Shown: one piece after another, positions 58,935 to 64,000 of the stretch
Layout: every line of letters starts with the position of its first letter
How positions within the stretch are numbered: position 1 is the first letter of the stretch
Assembly: GCF_032116555.1 (NCBI RefSeq)
Contig: NZ_CP134951.1
Span: forward strand, 124,001 to 188,000
DNA: 64,000 nucleotides
Direction: 5' to 3'
Origin: Halorarum halobium
GTDB lineage: Archaea > Halobacteriota > Halobacteria > Halobacteriales > Haloferacaceae
The notes under the pieces: generated by a model
Databases searched by the model: none
Told to the model about the DNA's origin: nothing
Seen by the model: only the letters and a program-made list of their open reading frames with translations
Made by a program: the position numbers and the translations under genes

Positions 58935-59636
58935 GTGTTAGATGTCACAATGGACGTGGAGCAGTACGACTGCCCGTTCATCGACGCCACGGAGGAGCAC
59001 GGGGTGGCGTTCTCCGCGGTCCACTGGGAATTCGACACGGCGACCGAGTCGCTCGAGACCCGGATGGTCGTCGAGGGCGAGGACCGGCACGAGCTCGCGT
59101 CGGGGCTCACCGAACTCCGGGACCACGAGACGCTGGGCGACTACTCGCTGCTCTCGAAGGCCGACGGCGTCGCCCACATTCGCACGATCATCGACCAGAC
59201 GGCGGCGATGGAGACGATCCGCGAGGGCGGCGGCTACATCACCGGCCCGTTCTACATCGCCGACGGGAGCGAGATGTGGCACGTCGGCTTCGACGACCGC
59301 GGCGAGGCCGACGGGACGCTCTCGCGGCTCGACCGCGACAACGAGTACGAGATCGTCGAGCGGCGCGAGCCCGACATGCCCGAACTCCAGGGGTTCGTCC
59401 AGAACGTGGGGGCGGCGATGACGCTCATCGAGGGCTGTCAGGACCTCTCGCCGGTCGAGCGCGAGACGCTGGAGACGGCGGCCTCCGAGGGCTACTTCGA
59501 GAGCCCGCGCTCGGCGACGCTGGGGACGCTCGCGGAGCGGTTCGACGTCTCGAAGCCCGCGGTGTCGAAGAATCTCCGGCGAGGCCAGCGGAAGATGCTC
59601 GAACGCGTCGTCGAGGCGATGGGCGAACTGGAGTAG
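58935..59636 (+). CDS. HTH_10 (Bat-type) regulator
   Basis: QYDCPFI N-terminus; GYFESPR..TL..LA..FDVSKPAVSKNLRRG. Confidence 0.88.
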   Translation: MLDVTMDVEQYDCPFIDATEEHGVAFSAVHWEFDTATESLETRMVVEGEDRHELASGLTELRDHETLGDYSLLSKADGVAHIRTIIDQTAAMETIREGGGYITGPFYIADGSEMWHVGFDDRGEADGTLSRLDRDNEYEIVERREPDMPELQGFVQNVGAAMTLIEGCQDLSPVERETLETAASEGYFESPRSATLGTLAERFDVSKPAVSKNLRRGQRKMLERVVEAMGELE

Positions 59637-59682
59637 CCGGTCGTCCCCCTGGTCTCACGGCTCCCCCGGCCCCGCCGCGTCG

Positions 59683-60117
59683 TCACCGCGGCTCCTCCGC
59701 CAGTTCGATGCCGTCCCGGTACTCCTCGAACGCGTGGTCGAGCTCCCGCTTGATCGCGTCCCGTTCGGCCTCCGACAGCTCCCGGCCCTCCTCGGCGGCC
59801 AGGATTCCGCGCGCGAGCAGCTCGTTGCTCATCCGCATCGACGGCCCGGCGAAGTTCGTCGAGAGGTCCTGCCGGTCGCGTGCCATTTGGTTCCAGACGC
59901 CGCCCTCGGTGTAGAGGTAGGTGAACGCCAGCGTCCCGGCGCCAATGACGCCGATGAGCGGCCAGGCGTACTCGCCGTGCCCGTACTGCCGAAGCGTCAG
60001 CGTGGCCGTCGAGATCCCTGTCAGCCCGAGCATCGCCAGCCGAATCATCCCCGACACGCCGTCCACCCTCGCCAGCCAGCGGGCGGCGAGCCGGACCCAC
60101 CATCTGTTCGCTGTCAT
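59683..60117 (-). CDS. Hypothetical 2-TM membrane protein
   Basis: Two hydrophobic helices and a charged C-terminus; TTTTTAT TATA-like box upstream on the minus strand. Confidence 0.65.
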   Translation of the reverse strand: MTANRWWVRLAARWLARVDGVSGMIRLAMLGLTGISTATLTLRQYGHGEYAWPLIGVIGAGTLAFTYLYTEGGVWNQMARDRQDLSTNFAGPSMRMSNELLARGILAAEEGRELSEAERDAIKRELDHAFEEYRDGIELAEEPR

Positions 60118-60256
60118 GCGTTCACCGGAGAGAGTTCGCCGCTCGGATAAAAAGGCGCGGGCGACGGGTCGGGGGGCCGACATCGATCTCCCGTGACGGG
60201 GACCGCGATCTCCGACGCCGGGCGGACTCGCCGCCGGAGGGCCGAATCCGGCCGTG

Positions 60257-60273
60257 TTCACATGTTAACCCGG
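60257..60273 (+). promoter_or_regulatory. Operator TTCACATGTTAACCCGG (copy 2)
   Basis: About 36 nt before SBP ATG 60309. Confidence 0.75.
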
Positions 60274-60308
60274 CAGTATTTGGGGTATCCTTTTATAGAA
60301 CACTCCGT

Positions 60309-61733
60309 ATGAGCCAGCGTATCACACGGCGCCGGGCCATCGCGGCGATCGGCGCGGCGGGCGTCACCGGCCTCGCGGGCTGTTCCGGGGGCGGGGACGG
60401 GACCGACACGCCGACCGACGCCAGTGGCGGGAACGACACGGGGACGACGCAGAACGGGACAACAATGGGAGATTCAGGCGGCGCGTCCGGGTCGGTGAAG
60501 ATCGGGGTTCTCCAGCCGATTTCGGGGGATCTCCAGTACTACGGCCAGCAGTCGGTGTGGGGCTTCTCGTCGGGGCTCGCCTACAAGGCGGGTACGGAGC
60601 CGCAGGTCGCCGCCGAGTCCGGGAGCCAGACGGTCACCGTCGGCGACGTCGACTACGAACTGCTCGTCCGCGACAGCGGCTTCTCGGCCGACCAGGCCCA
60701 GTCGCTCGCGACGAACCTCGTCACCGACGAGGAGGTCGACATGCTGTTCGGCTGTGCCTCCTCGGGGGCGGCGACGCGGGTGAGCGAGCAGGTCGCCCAG
60801 CAGGCCGACGTCCCGTACATGATGGGCCCGGCGGCCTCCGCGGCCGCGACCGCCGAGCAGTCGAGCTGTGGCGACATGATCTTCCGCGCCTCCGAGAACA
60901 CGGCGATGGACGCCCGCTCGGGCGGGAAGTACGTCGCCCAGGAGTCGGACGTCTCGACGGTGTACCTGTTCGGCGCGGACTACTCGTTCGGCCGCGCGGT
61001 CGTGAACAACTACGAGGACGTGCTCACCGAGGAGGGCGTCGAGATCGTCGGCAAGCGCTTCGTCCCGCAGGGGTACAGCGAGTGGGAGGGCCTGCTCGAC
61101 AACGCCGCCGAGGCGGGCGCCGAGGGCATCGTCACCGGGTTCACGGTCGCCACGCTCCCCAACCTGTTCACGACGTTCCTCAACGGCGACTACGAGTTCC
61201 GCGCGTTCGGCGGCATCGCCACCGAGATCACCAACGCGGTCATCGGCGGTCTGCTCCAGAACTCGCTCGGCGAGCCGCTCACCCAGGAGAAGCTCGACGG
61301 GCTCGGCATGGGGCCGTTCACGACGCGCTACCACTGGAACCAGTACGACAACGAGATCAACACGACGTTCGTCGAGGGGTACACGAACGCGTACGGCAAA
61401 GTGCCGGACCTGTTCAGTTCGGGCACGTTCGCGGCCGCCTCGGCCATCGTGCAGGCCGTCGAGGCGGGCGGCTCCACCGAGGGGGCCGACATCGCCGCGG
61501 AGCTCACCGGCATGACGATCGCCGAGACGCCGAAGGGGACGGACGCCTACACGTTCCAGGAGTACAACGGGCAGGCCCGCTCGGAGATGACCGTCGCCAA
61601 CCTCGTCCCGACCGCCGACGAGTGGAGCGAGTCGTGGGGGTCGGCCGTCCAGCCCGGCGAGCCGACCGCGCGCATCCCCGCCGACCAGACGACCATCCCG
61701 GCCGACGCGGACGGGATGAACTGCTCGCTGTAG
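60309..61733 (+). CDS. Liv-type ABC substrate-binding lipoprotein
   Basis: TRRRAI...LAGC Tat lipobox; KIGVLQPISG, ADYSFG. Confidence 0.9.
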   Translation: MSQRITRRRAIAAIGAAGVTGLAGCSGGGDGTDTPTDASGGNDTGTTQNGTTMGDSGGASGSVKIGVLQPISGDLQYYGQQSVWGFSSGLAYKAGTEPQVAAESGSQTVTVGDVDYELLVRDSGFSADQAQSLATNLVTDEEVDMLFGCASSGAATRVSEQVAQQADVPYMMGPAASAAATAEQSSCGDMIFRASENTAMDARSGGKYVAQESDVSTVYLFGADYSFGRAVVNNYEDVLTEEGVEIVGKRFVPQGYSEWEGLLDNAAEAGAEGIVTGFTVATLPNLFTTFLNGDYEFRAFGGIATEITNAVIGGLLQNSLGEPLTQEKLDGLGMGPFTTRYHWNQYDNEINTTFVEGYTNAYGKVPDLFSSGTFAAASAIVQAVEAGGSTEGADIAAELTGMTIAETPKGTDAYTFQEYNGQARSEMTVANLVPTADEWSESWGSAVQPGEPTARIPADQTTIPADADGMNCSL

Positions 61734-62600
61734 ATGCTGCGGACCCGAGGGCTCACCAGACGGTTCGGCGGTCTCACGGCCGTCGACGACGTGGGCCTGG
61801 CGCTCGGGGAGGACGAACTCTGTTCGCTCATCGGTCCCAACGGGGCCGGCAAGACCACCTTCTTCAACCTCCTCACGGGGGCGCTCGACCCCTCGGAGGG
61901 AACCGTCGAGCTCCGGACCGGCCGGGCCGGCGGGAACGCTGAATCCGACGACGCCGGCGTCGACGCGGACGGCTGGCGCGACGTCACCGGCGCGTCCCCC
62001 CACGAGGTGGCCTCCATGGGCGTCCACCGGTCCTACCAGATCACGAACGTCTTCCCCGCGAGCACCGTGCTAGAGAACGTCCGCGTCGCCGCGCAGGCGG
62101 CCGGCCCCGACGCCGCGAACTTCTGGCGCAACGCCGGCCAGCTGGACAGGTATCTCGACGAGGCGTACGCCGTCCTCGACCGCGTCGGCCTCGCCGACCG
62201 CGCCGAGGAGCCGGCGAGCGCGCTCTCCCACGGCGCGAAACGGCAACTGGAGGTCGGCATCGCGCTCGCGGGCGACCCGGACGTCCTGCTGCTCGACGAG
62301 CCGAACGCCGGGGTCTCCTCCGAGAGCGTCGACCGCGTCGTCGACCTCATCGAGGACGTCGCGGCCGACCACGCCGTGCTGCTGGTCGAGCACAACATGG
62401 ACATCGTGATGGAGGTCTCCGACCGCGTGGTCGTGCTCAACCAGGGCGCGGTCATCGCTGACGACGAGCCGGCGGCGGTCCGCGAGGACCCGGCGGTCCA
62501 GGAGGCGTATCTGGGCGGCTACGAGCCCGGCACCGCCGGCAGCGACGCCGACGGTGAGGCCGACGAATCGGGGGCCGCGACGGGAGGTGAGGCCGCGTGA
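61734..62600 (+). CDS. livG: Liv-type ABC ATP-binding protein
   Basis: RRFGGLTAV, GPNGAGKTT, LVEHNMD, VQEAYLG. Confidence 0.9.
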   Translation: MLRTRGLTRRFGGLTAVDDVGLALGEDELCSLIGPNGAGKTTFFNLLTGALDPSEGTVELRTGRAGGNAESDDAGVDADGWRDVTGASPHEVASMGVHRSYQITNVFPASTVLENVRVAAQAAGPDAANFWRNAGQLDRYLDEAYAVLDRVGLADRAEEPASALSHGAKRQLEVGIALAGDPDVLLLDEPNAGVSSESVDRVVDLIEDVAADHAVLLVEHNMDIVMEVSDRVVVLNQGAVIADDEPAAVREDPAVQEAYLGGYEPGTAGSDADGEADESGAATGGEAA

Positions 62601-63331
62601 GTTCGGACGCCGACGCTCCGACTCGGGGCGGCACACCGCTGCTCGAACTCGAAGGCGTCCGGACGTACTACGGCGAGAGCCACGTGCTCGAGGGCGTCGA
62701 CCTGGAGGTCCGCGAGGGCGAGGTCGTCGCGCTGATGGGCCGGAACGGCGTCGGCAAGACGACGACGCTCCGCTCGGTGCTCCAGCTCACCCCGCCGCGC
62801 GAGGGCTCGGTGCGCCTGCGCGGCGAGGAACTCGTCGGGCGCGGCACCCACGAGGTCGCCGACCGCGGCGTCGGCTGGATCCCGGAGGACCGCCGGATGT
62901 TCGCCCAGCTCACCGTCGAGGAGAACGTCCGCGTCGCGGTGCCCGACGGCGACGCGACCGACGAGGGGCTGGAACTCGCCTTCAAGACGTTCCCCGACCT
63001 CGCGGAGCGCCGCGAGGCGAAGGCGGGCGACCTCTCGGGCGGGCAACAGCAGATGCTCGCCATCGCCCGGGGGCTCGTCGGCGGGAACGACCTGCTGCTC
63101 GTCGACGAGCCGAGCGAGGGACTGGCCCCGCAGATCGTCGAGGCCGTCGCCGACGCGCTCGCCGACGCCGCCAGCGACACGACGATGCTGCTGGTCGAAC
63201 AGAACCTCCCGCTCGCGCTCGACGTCGCCGACCGCTTCTACGTGCTCGATCACGGCACGGTCGTCGACGAGGGCGACACGGCGGCGGTCGACGCCGACTC
63301 CGACCGGCTCAGGAGGTACCTCTCGGCATGA
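62597..63331 (+). CDS. livF: Liv-type ABC ATP-binding protein
   Basis: GRNGVGKTT, LSGGQQQMLAIAR, DEPSEGLAP, LVEQN. Confidence 0.9.
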   Translation: MSSDADAPTRGGTPLLELEGVRTYYGESHVLEGVDLEVREGEVVALMGRNGVGKTTTLRSVLQLTPPREGSVRLRGEELVGRGTHEVADRGVGWIPEDRRMFAQLTVEENVRVAVPDGDATDEGLELAFKTFPDLAERREAKAGDLSGGQQQMLAIARGLVGGNDLLLVDEPSEGLAPQIVEAVADALADAASDTTMLLVEQNLPLALDVADRFYVLDHGTVVDEGDTAAVDADSDRLRRYLSA

Positions 63332-64000
63332 GCCCCGCGGCTTCCTCCCTCGCCGCCGTCGTCTCGGCTGGAAGCTCCCTCGCCGTGACGCTGTCGGCGG
63401 TCGACTCGGTGACGGTCGCGCCGCTGGTCGTCGACGCCATCGTCGAGTTCCTCTCGCCGAGGACGCTCGCGGAGGTGTTCCTCCGGGGGCTCGCGGAGGC
63501 CGGCCTGTACGTCATGATCGCGGCCGGCCTGACGCTCGTGTTCGGGCTGATGGGCGTGCTCAACTTCGCGCACGGCTCGCTGACGATGATCGGCGCGTAC
63601 CTGGGCAGCCTCGCGCTCGTCGCCACCGTCGGGGGGTCGAGCGGCGCGGCGTTCCGGCTCCTCATGTTCGGCGTCGCGGTCGTCGTCGCCTTCGGCGCGC
63701 TCGCCGCGCTCGGCGGCGCGCTGGAGGTCGGGCTCATCAGGCCCATTTACGACCGGCCGCCGCTGTACCAGATCCTGCTCACGTTCGGCGTGACGCTGAT
63801 GCTCGACGAGATCGCGCGCATCCTCGTGCTGTTCTACGGGCTCCAGCCCACGACCGTCTGGCAGGACGTGCTCGGCACGAAGCCGGCGTTCCTCTCGGAG
63901 ACGTACGGCGGCCTGATCGGCGGGCTGGAGCTGTTCCAGCTCCTCTTCGGCCTGCTCACCGTCGTCGGCGTCCACCTGTTCCTCACGCGGACGCGCTACG
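63328..64000 (+). CDS. livH: Liv-type ABC permease (3'-truncated)
   Basis: AAGLTLVFGLMGVLNFAHG, ILLTFG, TRTRYG at window end; not in the ORF track because it has no stop. Confidence 0.88.
   Translation, partial: MSPAASSLAAVVSAGSSLAVTLSAVDSVTVAPLVVDAIVEFLSPRTLAEVFLRGLAEAGLYVMIAAGLTLVFGLMGVLNFAHGSLTMIGAYLGSLALVATVGGSSGAAFRLLMFGVAVVVAFGALAALGGALEVGLIRPIYDRPPLYQILLTFGVTLMLDEIARILVLFYGLQPTTVWQDVLGTKPAFLSETYGGLIGGLELFQLLFGLLTVVGVHLFLTRTRY

Noticed and set aside
1..64000. tRNA/rRNA, transposases, integrases, cas genes
   Set aside because: No recognisable motifs by eye; tRNAscan-SE, Infernal and ISEScan would be needed to exclude them formally

Overview
GC-rich DNA encoding very acidic proteins, Tat lipoproteins and bacterio-opsin-activator (HTH_10)-type regulators, so almost certainly a haloarchaeon (Halobacteria). 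No rRNA, tRNA, CRISPR array or transposase was recognised. About 70 CDS are present: a cupredoxin-fused PQQ sugar dehydrogenase, otsAB trehalose synthesis, a TagF-like transferase plus nucleotidyltransferase pair, small stress genes, a P1B ATPase, NikR, SOD, four ABC systems and an acyl-CoA catabolic/Liv-type uptake cluster. The best candidate for an undescribed system is 20.5-32.2 kb. It has two winged-helix regulator + small membrane protein pairs. It also has three Tat-exported lipoproteins (a DyP-like protein apparently lacking the catalytic Asp, a rhodanese-like protein, and a P19/Tp34-like metal-binding protein) that share one upstream motif, GTTCGA-N7-ACCASAACCCCCTT, at near-identical distance from the ATG. 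Other notable items are a decayed iron-uptake locus with a DtxR-type box, an exact 17-bp operator shared in the acyl-CoA cluster, a ~470-bp palindromic repeat element, a perfect (G3T)4 G-quadruplex motif and several gene remnants. All family calls come from motif recognition by eye, not database searches.
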